Source: a bacterium (GTDB lineage: Bacteria > UBA8248). Taken from it: a stretch of DNA of 64,000 bases. The position numbers were made by a program, and so were the translations under genes. The stretch covers positions 672,001-736,000 of the forward strand of contig OZ241326.1 of NCBI GenBank assembly GCA_965199855.1, in the 5' to 3' direction. This document shows, in pieces, positions 54,369 through 64,000 of this stretch (its first letter is position 1; each line of letters begins with the position of its first letter). The notes below the pieces were generated by a model. It searched no databases. It was not told the DNA's origin and saw only the letters and a program-made list of their open reading frames with translations.

Positions 54369-55589
54369 TCAAAGAAGCAGGCGGTCGTCCATGCGGGAGC
54401 GCGTCAGCACCTCATGTCCGTCCTCGGTGATGAGCACGGTCTCCTCAATGCGCGCGCCGCCTCCGCCCTTGACGCCGGGGACCCAGATGAGCGGCTCTAT
54501 GGCGAACACCATGCCCGGCTCGAGGGCGACCTCTTCCGAATCCGGGTCCGGCTCGCCGATATAGGGCGGCTCGTTGGGCGACGTGCCCACCGCGTGGCCG
54601 ATACTCAGCGCGAACCAGTTTTTCCGCAATCCGTATTTCTCGCCCGTCTCCCAAATCCGATCCGCCACCTGCTTGTTCGTAAAGCCGGGGCGCGCGCGCT
54701 CGAGCCCCAGCTGAAGGGACTCATGGACGGCGGTGTAGATTTCCTTTTGTCGTCTGGAGGGTTTTCCGCAGATCATGGTTCGGGCCACGTCTCCGAAATA
54801 TCCGTTCCACTGCGCTCCGATGTCGATGAACACCAAATCGCCGCTTCGGATGATTTTGTCGCTCGCGAAGCGGTAGGGCGGCGACATGTGCTCGCCCGAG
54901 GCGACGAAGGGGGAGACCAGATGCGCCATCTCGCCCCCGTAGCGATGGAGAACTTTCATGGCGTCCGCCGCTACGCCGCACTCGCGCTTTCCCGCCTTCA
55001 CGCTGTCCATGGCCTCTTCGTTCACGGCATCGGCGATTGCGCAGGCCTCTCGAATCATATAGACCTCTTCGGGCATCTTGCGCCGCCGCACCTTGTGCAT
55101 GAGCGAGTCGCCGTTCACGAATTCCACGTCATCCAGAAGCCTCTGGTAGGCGGTGAACTGGATGAATGTCATCAGATCGAGCCCCACCTTCTTCCCGATG
55201 AGGCCCATCTCTTCAAAGAGGGGGCGCAGGGTTTCCCGGACCATCTTGTCCACGAGCGGCTGCTCTTCCAACTTCGCCAAGTGATGGAATTTCTCTATCC
55301 AGGGCATGTCGCGCGAGACGCGGGGTATCTCCCCCCCGTTCGTCATGACGTGCGCTTTGCCCGTTTGCGGGAGGATGACCGCGTTTCTCGTTCCTTCGCG
55401 GTGCGCCAGAAAAGAGGAGCGCATGCTCGTGAGGTAGCGGACGTTTTCCACCTTCCAGAGGAAAAGGGCGTTGATGCCCGCTTCGGCCATCGCTTTTTGC
55501 GCCTTCTCCACGCGCTTTCGGCGCAATGCCCCCACGTCGACGCGCTCCTCGTAGTCCACGATGAATTGACCGCGCGCGAATCCCGTCAT
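54369..55589 (-). CDS. M24-fold hydrolase/lyase
   Basis: DYEERVD N-terminus, IDIG...GYFGDVAR, GHAVG, EP, RIEETV. Confidence 0.85.
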   Translation of the reverse strand: MTGFARGQFIVDYEERVDVGALRRKRVEKAQKAMAEAGINALFLWKVENVRYLTSMRSSFLAHREGTRNAVILPQTGKAHVMTNGGEIPRVSRDMPWIEKFHHLAKLEEQPLVDKMVRETLRPLFEEMGLIGKKVGLDLMTFIQFTAYQRLLDDVEFVNGDSLMHKVRRRKMPEEVYMIREACAIADAVNEEAMDSVKAGKRECGVAADAMKVLHRYGGEMAHLVSPFVASGEHMSPPYRFASDKIIRSGDLVFIDIGAQWNGYFGDVARTMICGKPSRRQKEIYTAVHESLQLGLERARPGFTNKQVADRIWETGEKYGLRKNWFALSIGHAVGTSPNEPPYIGEPDPDSEEVALEPGMVFAIEPLIWVPGVKGGGGARIEETVLITEDGHEVLTRSRMDDRLLL

Positions 55590-55636
55590 CAGGCTCGCCT
55601 CCTCCCTGCGGCGAAAGGACAAAGCCGCCTCCCGGC

Positions 55637-56017
55637 TCAGGATTCCTCCACCAGTTCGATCAGGACGTCGTCGGGCGCCTTGATGAAGGCCGTCCTCGAG
55701 CCCAGAACGCCCTCTCCCGGCTTTTTCGTGAAGGCGACGCCCGCCCGCTCCAGACGCCCGGCGAATTCATCGAGTCCTTCAACCTGAATCCCGAAGTGGT
55801 GGAGTCCGCGACCCGCCTTCGCCGTCGCGTCGTCCTCGTCGGCCCTGAGGCCGCGAATCCGAACCTCTATTTCGCCGAGCATCACGCTGATGTAGGGGGA
55901 GCCCCTGTATTCGATCTCGGGCGTGAACAGCTTGGCGCCGAAGTGGTTGATGTAGAATTCCGCCGCCGCCTGCGGGTCTTTGGCGACGTGGTGCACGTGA
56001 TGGGTCCGGGTAGCCAT
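55637..56017 (-). CDS. VOC/glyoxalase family protein
   Basis: HHVH, GLHHFG, FIKAPDDVLIELVE. Confidence 0.85.
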   Translation of the reverse strand: MATRTHHVHHVAKDPQAAAEFYINHFGAKLFTPEIEYRGSPYISVMLGEIEVRIRGLRADEDDATAKAGRGLHHFGIQVEGLDEFAGRLERAGVAFTKKPGEGVLGSRTAFIKAPDDVLIELVEES

Positions 56018-56036
56018 GCCTTTTCCTCCCCTTGTT

Positions 56037-57314
56037 TTAGAGGCCGTCCCCGACGGAGACGTAGGCGCCGCCCGGCACCGGGTTTTCCTCCTCGCTTCGC
56101 GCGCCCCATTGGCCGGTGATGGCGTACATCGCCCGCACCTTCTTCATGTTGTTTCCCCCGTCGCTGGAGAAGAGCATGTTGTGCGCGTCCCGGAACCACT
56201 TTTCCAGGAAGTTCTCGCGCTGAACGCCCACGCCCGCGTGGATTTCCATCGCCATCTTCGTGACGTCGCAGGATATCTCGTGCGCGAACGCGCTGGCCGA
56301 GAGCGTCATGGGCGGGTCAATTGGAATTTCGCCGCGCATGTCCTGACGCCACGCCGCGTGGTGCACGTAGGCGCGCGCCGCCTGGGTTTTCGTGTACATA
56401 TCCACGAGCTTGACGCCGATCGATTGGTGCTCCGAGATGGGACGCCCGCTCTGCACCCGGCTCTGCGCGAACTCGAGCGACTTCTCGTAGGCGGCGCGCG
56501 CCACGCCGATCTGCCCCGCCGCGTTGATGAGGGCGTCGCCGCGCAGGTGCCGCCTGATGTATGAAACGCCGCAGTTCTCGGGGCCGAGGCGGTATTTCGC
56601 GGGAATCACCGCGTTCTCGAAGATGATCTCCGCGTTCTGGTTCAGGCGGTAGCCCATCTTGTTGTGCACCTTGCCCATCCGGATGCCGGGCGCGTCCATG
56701 GGCACCATGAGGAGGGAGGCTCCCTGCTCAACGCCCGCGTCGGGGTTCGTGCGGACGAACGTGAACATGAGCCGCGCCCAGCCCACGTTGGAGATGAAAT
56801 GCTTTTTCCCGTTGACGATGTAGTTGTCGCCGTCGAGCGCGGCGGTGGTCTGGTATCCGCCGTCCGCTCCGTTGTAGGGCAGCTGATTCTCCGATCCCGA
56901 GGCGGGCTCCGTCGTCGCCGTGCCGATGAGGAACGTGGGGTCTTTCACGTACTCGCGCATCCAGTAGTCCGCCAGCTCCGGGTCGCCCAGAAGTTCGCTC
57001 GTGAGGATGTGGGAGATCTTCGTGGAGGAAAGCATGAAGCCAGTGGCGCCCCGGTCTCCCCAGGATATTTCCTCGCCTACGATGCAGTGCGTCAAGAGAT
57101 CGCTGACGCCGCCACCGCCGTATTCCTTGGGGATGCTCATCGTTCTCAGGCCGCACTTGTCGAGTTTCTCGAGCAGGTGCGGCATGTAGGCGCACTTGAG
57201 GGGGTCTTCCTGATGGTCCAGCTCCAGGCTGATGGGCCTGATTTCGTCCCGCGCGAATTCATGCGCGATACGCTGATACTCTTTCTGCTCCTCGGTCATC
57301 CGATAGTCGTACAT
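56037..57314 (-). CDS. Acyl-CoA dehydrogenase family protein
   Basis: TEPASGS, NGKKHFISN, KMGYR, RVQSGRPI, EKWFRDA. Confidence 0.88.
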   Translation of the reverse strand: MYDYRMTEEQKEYQRIAHEFARDEIRPISLELDHQEDPLKCAYMPHLLEKLDKCGLRTMSIPKEYGGGGVSDLLTHCIVGEEISWGDRGATGFMLSSTKISHILTSELLGDPELADYWMREYVKDPTFLIGTATTEPASGSENQLPYNGADGGYQTTAALDGDNYIVNGKKHFISNVGWARLMFTFVRTNPDAGVEQGASLLMVPMDAPGIRMGKVHNKMGYRLNQNAEIIFENAVIPAKYRLGPENCGVSYIRRHLRGDALINAAGQIGVARAAYEKSLEFAQSRVQSGRPISEHQSIGVKLVDMYTKTQAARAYVHHAAWRQDMRGEIPIDPPMTLSASAFAHEISCDVTKMAMEIHAGVGVQRENFLEKWFRDAHNMLFSSDGGNNMKKVRAMYAITGQWGARSEEENPVPGGAYVSVGDGL

Positions 57315-57364
57315 GGGTCTCCTTCCTTCCCGATTGATGGACGGATCCGCTCCGCCGCTTGTCC

Positions 57365-58396
57365 CTAGTCGCCTTCCGCGATCACCTCGGCCACTTCCAC
57401 CGGCTCGCCCCGCTCCCAGGAGCGCATGGCCGCCCACACGGCGCCCAAGACGTGAAGTCCTTCGGGTCCGCCGACCTCGGGCGGGCGGCTCTCCCGAACG
57501 GCGCCGGCGAAATCCTCGAATTCTTCCACTATGTAATCGTGCCCGGGATATTCCTCGTAGGAAATTTCCTCTCGTTTCGTCCCGTCTTTTTTCAGGATTT
57601 TAATCCCCTCCCATCTGTCGTGGTAGAGGTTCGCCGCATCGCCGTAAGCGTTCATGAAGTAGGTGTATCGCCCGTTCGGCGTGCGGGGGCTGATGAAGCT
57701 CGTCCCCAAGGTGCCGAGCAGGCCGGATTCGAACTCGAACCAGACGACGCTCACGTCGGGAATTTCTGATTTCGTCTTCACCTTGCTGAAGGCCGCCGAG
57801 GCGCGCTTGATGGGCCCGAACAGATACAAGAGGTTGTCCACTTGGTGGATGGCCACCTGAAGCAACGGACCGCCGGGCGAGCCATCCGCATACCATTGCC
57901 AGTTCTCCGGCGTGTAGTGAAGCCCCCGGTCGTTCGAGTAGTTGGTCTCGGCCATCGCCAGGGTTCCGACGACGCCCTCATCCAGCAGTTTCTTGAAGAG
58001 GCGGTGTCCCCTAAGCCTTCTCGAGCTTGCGCCGACCGCCAGGGTGACGCCGGCGTCCTCGCACGCGCGAATCATCATCTTCGCATCCGGCAGGGAAGCG
58101 GCGATCGGCTTGTCGACGAACACGTGCTTTCCCCGCTCGGCGGCCGAGACGGCGAGCTCCGCGTGGTGGTTGTTGGGCGCGGCGATGACCACGGCGTCCA
58201 CCTCCGGGTTCTCGACCACCGCCTCGTAGCTTTCCTCCTGGCCGCACGAGAATTTTTCGCTGAACGCCCGGCGCTTATCGGGCGTTCTCGTGAAGCACGT
58301 GACGATTTTCAGGCCGGGCGTCTTGACGATCTGGGTCGCCAAGGTGTTGCCCCAGCGGCCCAGCCCGACCACGGCCACTCTGAACGGATCGCTCAT
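57365..58396 (-). CDS. Gfo/Idh/MocA oxidoreductase
   Basis: VVGLGRWG, GKHVFVDKP, GGPLLQVAIH. Confidence 0.88.
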   Translation of the reverse strand: MSDPFRVAVVGLGRWGNTLATQIVKTPGLKIVTCFTRTPDKRRAFSEKFSCGQEESYEAVVENPEVDAVVIAAPNNHHAELAVSAAERGKHVFVDKPIAASLPDAKMMIRACEDAGVTLAVGASSRRLRGHRLFKKLLDEGVVGTLAMAETNYSNDRGLHYTPENWQWYADGSPGGPLLQVAIHQVDNLLYLFGPIKRASAAFSKVKTKSEIPDVSVVWFEFESGLLGTLGTSFISPRTPNGRYTYFMNAYGDAANLYHDRWEGIKILKKDGTKREEISYEEYPGHDYIVEEFEDFAGAVRESRPPEVGGPEGLHVLGAVWAAMRSWERGEPVEVAEVIAEGD

Positions 58397-58424
58397 CAGG
58401 TTTTCTCCTCGCTCTCTGGCAAAT

Positions 58425-59330
58425 TCACAGCGACTTCAAGCGCGGGTCTAAAACGTTTCTCAGCCAGTCGCCCACGAGGTTCGCTCCGAGGACCGTCACC
58501 GTGATAGCCGCGCCGGGCAGGGTGACGACCCACCAGGAAGTGTAGAGATGCACCTTTCCATCGCTGAGCAGGCCGCCCCAGGTGGGCGTGGGCGGCGGGA
58601 CGCCCAGCCCCAGAAAGCTCAGGCCCGCTTCGATGATGATCATCCGACCCAGATACAGGGATGCGATGATGATGACGGGGGCTAGGATGTTCGGGAGAAT
58701 GTGGCGCGTGATGACGCGAAAATGACTGCCGCCGATGCTCCTTGCCGCCTGGACGAACTCCTGCTCCCGGAGCGTGAGCACCTCGCCGCGCACAACGCGG
58801 GCGTAGATGACCCAGATTCGCATCGACATAACGAGTATCAGCACGACGAGGCTCGGCCCCACGATGGCGATGGTCGCCAGCGCCAGCAGGATGAATGGAA
58901 AGGAGAGTGCCAGATCCACGAAGCGCATGAGCAGAAAGTCCACCTTCCCGCCGAAGTAGCCCGCCGCCAGGCCGACGAAGAGCCCGAAGCATCCGGTGAG
59001 CAGAACGGCGAAGAAACCGACCATAAGCGAAATGCGCGCGCCGTAGATGAGCCGGCTCAGGAAGTCCCGGCCCAGATGGTCCGTCCCGAGAAGAAAGATG
59101 CTGTCGCCGTCGGACCACAGGGGCGGCTTGAGGTTCCGGCTCAGGAGCTGCGCCTGTGGGTCCATCGGCGCGATCAGAGGGGCGAAGAGCGCCGTCATCA
59201 CCACGCACGCCAGGATCGCGCAGCCGAGGAGGGCGGATTTGTCCTTCCATAAGGATCTCCACACCCTCGCGCGCTCGGGGAACTCCTCGCGCTCGGCGGA
59301 TTCTCCGGCCATCGGCGACCCTTCTCTCAT
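58425..59330 (-). CDS. Peptide/nickel ABC permease (DppC-like)
   Basis: LGTDHLGRD, EFVQAARSIG, HILPN, LSFLGLG. Confidence 0.9.
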   Translation of the reverse strand: MREGSPMAGESAEREEFPERARVWRSLWKDKSALLGCAILACVVMTALFAPLIAPMDPQAQLLSRNLKPPLWSDGDSIFLLGTDHLGRDFLSRLIYGARISLMVGFFAVLLTGCFGLFVGLAAGYFGGKVDFLLMRFVDLALSFPFILLALATIAIVGPSLVVLILVMSMRIWVIYARVVRGEVLTLREQEFVQAARSIGGSHFRVITRHILPNILAPVIIIASLYLGRMIIIEAGLSFLGLGVPPPTPTWGGLLSDGKVHLYTSWWVVTLPGAAITVTVLGANLVGDWLRNVLDPRLKSL

Positions 59331-60244
59331 TCGTATGAAATCCGCGGATCGAGCCAAGCATAGACGATGTCCACCCCCAGATTGATGAGCACGAATCCGG
59401 ACGCCAGGATGAACACGGCGGACTGGACGATCGGAAAATCGCGGTTCGCGATCGCCTCGACCACCAGACGCCCGACGCCAGGCCAGGCGAAAACGACCTC
59501 AATGATCACGGTGCCGCCCAGAAGAATCCCTAGGTCCAGCCCCATGACGGTGACGACGGGAATGGAGGAGTTCTTAAGGGCGTGAACCATGATCACGATT
59601 TTTTCGTTCAGCCCCTTCGCCCGCGCCGTCGTGATGTAGTCCTGGCGCATCACCTCGAGCATCTGGGAGCGCATCAGCCTCGCGAGCCGGGCGAGGTGGT
59701 ATGTCGAGGCGGCGAAGGCCGGCATGATGAAGTGCTCCCACCCGCCGCGCCCGAAAGAGGGCAGAAGCCCCAGCGTAACGGAGAAGAACATGATTAACAT
59801 AATCGCCAGCCAGAAGTCGGGAATCGCCTGGATCAGCACCGTGCCGCCGACGCAGCTTTTGTCGTAGGCCGAGCCTTCCTTGGAGGCGGCGAGGCACCCG
59901 AAGGGGATTCCGATGATTACGGCGAAGGCGAAGGCGCCGACCGCCATCTCTATCGTCGCCGGGAAATGCTCCAGGACGAGGCCCATGGCCGATTCGCCGT
60001 GCTCGGTGGACTCGCCGAAGTTCCCCCGCAAGGCGTTCGAGAGGAAGCGCGCGTATTGGACGTAGAGCGGCTGGTCGAATCCCATGAGTTTTCGCAGATG
60101 AGCGATGTCTTCCTGGGTCGCGTCCGTGTCGAGCATCACCATGACGGGGTCGCCCGTCATGTGAAGCAGAAGAAACACGATGATCATGACGCACTTGATG
60201 AGGACGACCGCCTGAATCAAGCGCTTGAAGACATATCCGGCCAT
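59327..60244 (-). CDS. Peptide/nickel ABC permease (DppB-like)
   Basis: GDP, DYITTARAKGL, HALKN, WPGVG, LDPRI. Confidence 0.9.
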   Translation of the reverse strand: MAGYVFKRLIQAVVLIKCVMIIVFLLLHMTGDPVMVMLDTDATQEDIAHLRKLMGFDQPLYVQYARFLSNALRGNFGESTEHGESAMGLVLEHFPATIEMAVGAFAFAVIIGIPFGCLAASKEGSAYDKSCVGGTVLIQAIPDFWLAIMLIMFFSVTLGLLPSFGRGGWEHFIMPAFAASTYHLARLARLMRSQMLEVMRQDYITTARAKGLNEKIVIMVHALKNSSIPVVTVMGLDLGILLGGTVIIEVVFAWPGVGRLVVEAIANRDFPIVQSAVFILASGFVLINLGVDIVYAWLDPRISYE

Positions 60245-60326
60245 CAAGACACCCAGCAACAGGGATACGGTTGTTCCGGCGACGCCTTTCGCATCGCCGG
60301 GGAGCCGCGCCTCGCTTCGGCGGCGG

Positions 60327-60365
60327 CTCCGGCCGGAGCGGGGTTCGCGCCGCTTCCGGCCGGAG
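60327..60365 (-). terminator. GC-rich hairpin between the binding-protein and permease genes (attenuator or mRNA stabiliser)
   Basis: CTCCGGCCGGAGCGG ... CCGCTTCCGGCCGGAG, a near-perfect inverted repeat with one bulge; no U-tract on the minus strand. Confidence 0.4.
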
Positions 60366-60394
60366 TTTCGCCTAGGACCGAAGCACCGCGGGCC

Positions 60395-61909
60395 CTACCT
60401 GAGCCCGACTTCGGCGGCTATCAGCTTTCCGTCGGCGCGAGGCTGCCAGTCGATCTTCTTGTTCGCGCCGAAGATCCGGAACGTCTGATACAGCGGAATG
60501 ATCGGCACCTTCTCGTGGCGCAGCACGCGGGCGATCTCCTGATACTTCTTCTCCCTCGCCTTGTTCTCCAAGGTGGCGCGCGCGTCGTTTATCATTCCGT
60601 CCACGGCCTTGTCGCGGAACCCCCCGTAGGCCGAGCGGCTGCTGATAGCGCCGGCGAACATGTGCTCGGCGCTGAAGGCCGTGTTCATTCGCGCGAGGTA
60701 ATACAAGAACGGCTTTACGTTTTTCTTGTATTTGCTGAAAATGATCTTCTTCATCGCGCCCCACTCCATCACGCGAACGTTCGCCTTGAGGCCGACCTGC
60801 GACCACTGGCCCGCGATGCCCTCGAGCGCCTCTTTGCCCATCATGAAGCGTCCGCGGGGAATGTAGACGTCGAACGAAAATCCCTTCGGGTATCCGGCTT
60901 CGGCGAGCAGCTTCTTCGCTTGGGCGGGATCGTAGGGATAGGGCTTGAGGTCCGGGTTGTAGCCGAAGCTCGCGGGGCCCTGGATGATCGCCACCGGTTT
61001 GGCGAAGCCCATCATCACGTTCTTGGTGATGGCGTCCCGGTTGATCGCCAGGTTCATGGCCTTGCGGACCCTCACGTCCATCCAGGGCGCGCCCTCTTTG
61101 ATCACCATCAGGATGTAGTTGGTGCGCGGCGACTGCTTGGCGATGACGCTCGCCGTGCCGCTCGCCCGGACCCTCCCGCTCAGCGCCGGGGGGAGATTGT
61201 CGATGACGTCCACGTCGCCCGAGATGAGCGCGGAGACGCGCGTGGTGGACTCGGGGATGAATTTCACGACCGCCGTCTTCACCCTTGGCTTTCTCCAGGC
61301 GTTGGGATTGGCCTCGTAGACGACTTCCTGCCCCTTGCGCCATCTCTTCATCACGAACGGGCCGCTGCCCACCGGATGCCGCGAGAGGTATTTTTTGTCG
61401 TGCTTCTTGTAGTATTTCGGCGGCACGATGAAGCCGTAGATCGCCAGAAACGGCGGGAGCATCGGGTCGGGCTTCTTCGTGTGAATCCGGACCGTGCGCT
61501 CGTCGACCGCCTCCACGCGCGCGATGCTCTTGAAGTAGCGGTATTGTCTCGACTTCATCTTGGGATCGAGAATTCGCTCGAAGCTGAACTTCACAGCGGC
61601 CGCGTCGAGCGCGTCCCCGTTGCTGAATTTCACCCCCTTGCGGAGCTTGAACTCCCACGTCTTCGGAGCCGCCATTTTGTAGCTTTCGGCGAGCTGGTTC
61701 ACTAGGGAGCCGTCCGGCGCGCGGGCGAGCAGCGTTTCAAAAACATTCGGGTGGTGCATCGATATCGGCAGAGAGCTGAAGGTGTGGGGGTCGAACGTGG
61801 TCAGGGAGCCGGCCATGCCCAGCACGACCTTTCCCTTCGGCGCCGCTTTGGCTCCTGCGGGCAGCAACAGGAGTGCCAGAACAACCAGCCAAAGCCAATG
61901 TCTCCTCAT
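60395..61909 (-). CDS. Family 5 (DppA/OppA-like) ABC substrate-binding protein
   Basis: Signal peptide, LRKGVKFSNG, PVGSGPF, VRKAMNLAINR, AKKLLAEAGY. Confidence 0.92.
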   Translation of the reverse strand: MRRHWLWLVVLALLLLPAGAKAAPKGKVVLGMAGSLTTFDPHTFSSLPISMHHPNVFETLLARAPDGSLVNQLAESYKMAAPKTWEFKLRKGVKFSNGDALDAAAVKFSFERILDPKMKSRQYRYFKSIARVEAVDERTVRIHTKKPDPMLPPFLAIYGFIVPPKYYKKHDKKYLSRHPVGSGPFVMKRWRKGQEVVYEANPNAWRKPRVKTAVVKFIPESTTRVSALISGDVDVIDNLPPALSGRVRASGTASVIAKQSPRTNYILMVIKEGAPWMDVRVRKAMNLAINRDAITKNVMMGFAKPVAIIQGPASFGYNPDLKPYPYDPAQAKKLLAEAGYPKGFSFDVYIPRGRFMMGKEALEGIAGQWSQVGLKANVRVMEWGAMKKIIFSKYKKNVKPFLYYLARMNTAFSAEHMFAGAISSRSAYGGFRDKAVDGMINDARATLENKAREKKYQEIARVLRHEKVPIIPLYQTFRIFGANKKIDWQPRADGKLIAAEVGLR

Positions 61910-61945
61910 CGTGAAGCCCTCCTTTGGGTGAGAATCAACCAGCTT

Positions 61946-63088
61946 TCAGAGACAAGCCAACATGTCCGCGCTCGTGTTCAGCGGTTCATGGCCCTCATCC
62001 GTGACCAGATAGGTTTCGCCCCAGAAAATCTGGCGGTCGGGCCCCAGGTTGAACATGGGGTGCGTCGTCACCACCATTCCCGGCTCCAGCGCCCCCTGGG
62101 ACGCCGGCGTGATCATATAGTCCGTGAGGTCCAGTCCCGTGAGGTGAACCAGACCGTAGGGCCATACTTCGTATCCGTGCTTTTCAAAAATCTCGTTCAT
62201 CGCCGCAACCATGCCGACCATCGGCTCTCCAGGCCCGAGGCGCTCCAGCGAGGCGTCGCGCGCCTCGCGCACCACTTGGTGGGCCTCGACCAGCCATTTT
62301 TCCGCCTCCCCCAGCGTCAGAACCCGTACGATCTGGTTCCAATATCCTTGGACGCGCGGGGAAATCTCCAGCAAGAGGGCGTCGCCCTCCCTGATGGGCC
62401 GGTCCGTCTGGGGGATGACGTAGCCCCAGGGTGCCTCGCCGCCGTCGGCCATGCTCGCCAGACCCATCATGTTGAAGTTCTCCGTCCCGCCCTCCGGGAT
62501 GATCACCCGGTCCATCTCCGCCCGGACTTCGAGCTCCGTCACCCCCTCCCGAATGAAATCGCGGAGATGATCCCATACCCGGTCGCCGAGCTCGGCCGCG
62601 TGGCGCGACATGCCGATCTCTTCTTCGCTCTGCACTAGGCGCAGCTTCCAGATCAGGTCGCCCGCTTCCACCCATTGCTTCGCGTTCACCTGCTCCTGAA
62701 GCTGCTGATGCCAGGCGACGGGAATGATGGAGAGAGAGGAAACGCCTATTCTCGCGCCTGAGGCGGCGATTTCGTTCAAATAGCGGCACGCCTGCGACGG
62801 AACGGGCGTCATGGCCTCGCAGCGGGTGTCGGCGATCCAGCCTTTTCGCAAGGATTCGATTCGTTGATTCTCCACCCCGACGAACAGGACGGGCTCCTCC
62901 TCGCGCGGAAAAACCAGGATCTGCTGGCCGGAGAATGAAATGAAATTGCTGACGTAGGCCAGATTCCCCGATCGGGGGCCCTGGCGGCCGCTGTTGCCGT
63001 AGACGAGGAGGACATCCAGCTCCTCGCGTTCCATCTGCGCCCTGATGTTCGCATGACGGCGATCACGCTCTCTGGTCGATAGCCCCAA
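61946..63088 (-). CDS. M24/creatinase-fold protein lacking canonical metal ligands
   Basis: ERDRRH, LEISP...GYWNQIVR, HLTGLD, THP, WGETY. Confidence 0.8.
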   Translation of the reverse strand: MGLSTRERDRRHANIRAQMEREELDVLLVYGNSGRQGPRSGNLAYVSNFISFSGQQILVFPREEEPVLFVGVENQRIESLRKGWIADTRCEAMTPVPSQACRYLNEIAASGARIGVSSLSIIPVAWHQQLQEQVNAKQWVEAGDLIWKLRLVQSEEEIGMSRHAAELGDRVWDHLRDFIREGVTELEVRAEMDRVIIPEGGTENFNMMGLASMADGGEAPWGYVIPQTDRPIREGDALLLEISPRVQGYWNQIVRVLTLGEAEKWLVEAHQVVREARDASLERLGPGEPMVGMVAAMNEIFEKHGYEVWPYGLVHLTGLDLTDYMITPASQGALEPGMVVTTHPMFNLGPDRQIFWGETYLVTDEGHEPLNTSADMLACL

Positions 63089-63107
63089 CTTTCCCTCCTC
63101 CGCGTCG

Positions 63108-63860
63108 TCAGAAAATTACCTTGCCGCCCGAGACGGCCAGATTCGCGCCCGTTATGTAGGCGGCTTCATCGCTGCAGAAAAACGCCACGGCGGCGCCTAT
63201 GTCTTCCGGGCGCGCCAGGCGCTTCGCCGGAATGGCGTCGATGTATTTTCTTTGATACTCCTCCGAGTGGAGAATGGGCCGATCCGTTTCGGTGAGGCCT
63301 GGGGAGACCATGTTGACCGTGATTCCGTAGGGAGCCATTTCGACAGACAGATTTTGCGAGAAATACAAAAGAGCGGATTTGACCGACCCGTAGGAATTCG
63401 TGCGCGCCCGCTTCTCGCCCAGGACGGTGGAAAGAACGTTGACGATGCGGCCCCGTCCTCTGTCCCGCATCCCCGGCAGCGCCGCTTGGCAGCAATGGAA
63501 AGCGCCTTTCAGCATCACTTGTATCTGGGGATCGTAATCCTCCTCCCAGTTCATCTCCAGGAAAGCTCTGCCCCTCACCAGCCGCCGCGCGTTGTTGACG
63601 AGAATGTCGACGCGCCCCATCGCCCTCTCGCATTCCTGAAACATGCGGGCCACGTCGTCCCGTCGGCTCACGTCGGCCTGCACGATGAACGCCCTGCCGT
63701 CTTGTTCGCTAATATCTTTCGCCGCCCTTCGGGCCGCCTCCTCGTCCGCGTGGTAATGCACGGCGACCTCGGCACCGGCGCGCGCCAGCCCGCGGGCAAT
63801 GGCTTTTCCGATGCCGCGCGCGGCACCGGTGACGAGCGCGGCGCGTCCTTTCAGCTTCAT
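63108..63860 (-). CDS. Short-chain dehydrogenase/reductase (FabG-like)
   Basis: VTGAARGIG, LVNNA, YGSVK, VNMVSPG, YITG. Confidence 0.9.
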   Translation of the reverse strand: MKLKGRAALVTGAARGIGKAIARGLARAGAEVAVHYHADEEAARRAAKDISEQDGRAFIVQADVSRRDDVARMFQECERAMGRVDILVNNARRLVRGRAFLEMNWEEDYDPQIQVMLKGAFHCCQAALPGMRDRGRGRIVNVLSTVLGEKRARTNSYGSVKSALLYFSQNLSVEMAPYGITVNMVSPGLTETDRPILHSEEYQRKYIDAIPAKRLARPEDIGAAVAFFCSDEAAYITGANLAVSGGKVIF

Positions 63861-63975
63861 TCGCAGGTCGCCTCGAAAGTCAACGAAAAGCCCTCGTCCC
63901 AGAGTCAACGACAGCAATTCCCCGCGCCTTCTCGGGTATTGACATAGAAGCGGCAACGGCGATCAGTTCTGAATA

Positions 63976-63999
63976 AATGGTATTATATTTAATACCATT
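63976..63999. promoter_or_regulatory. AT-rich perfect palindrome, candidate operator
   Basis: AATGGTATTA-TATT-TAATACCATT upstream of the minus-strand SDR-M24-Dpp operon. Confidence 0.6.
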
Positions 64000-64000
64000 A

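Overview
A 64 kb stretch of a high-GC bacterial chromosome. It is dominated by heterotrophic transport and catabolism genes: a TTT transporter, Liv-type and Dpp-type ABC systems, acyl-CoA dehydrogenase-fold enzymes, three M24-fold hydrolases and a ThDP decarboxylase. Housekeeping genes include a complete speH-pdaD-speE-speB polyamine operon, citrate synthase, plsY and malQ. Lower-GC accessory islets are a phage/plasmid-like cluster of small ORFs at the left edge, a type II R-M pair, a solitary McrA-like HNH nuclease and a Zorya type II-like zorA-zorB-zorE locus. The most unusual items are: (1) a partner-switching signalling locus (40461-47731) led by an NCS2 nucleobase permease with altered binding residues, fused to a catalytically degenerate RsbW-like domain, followed by REC-PP2C, RsbW, an orphan periplasmic binding protein, a histidine kinase and a STAS protein; (2) an AhpD-family gene split in the ORF track by an in-frame UGA in a CxxU motif, followed by a clear SECIS hairpin (16978-17640); (3) a ~470 bp non-coding element present twice, carrying GTAG-type REPs; (4) a chimeric junction near 1757 joining two truncated genes. 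No rRNA, tRNA or CRISPR array was recognised. All family calls come from motif reading by eye, with no database searches.
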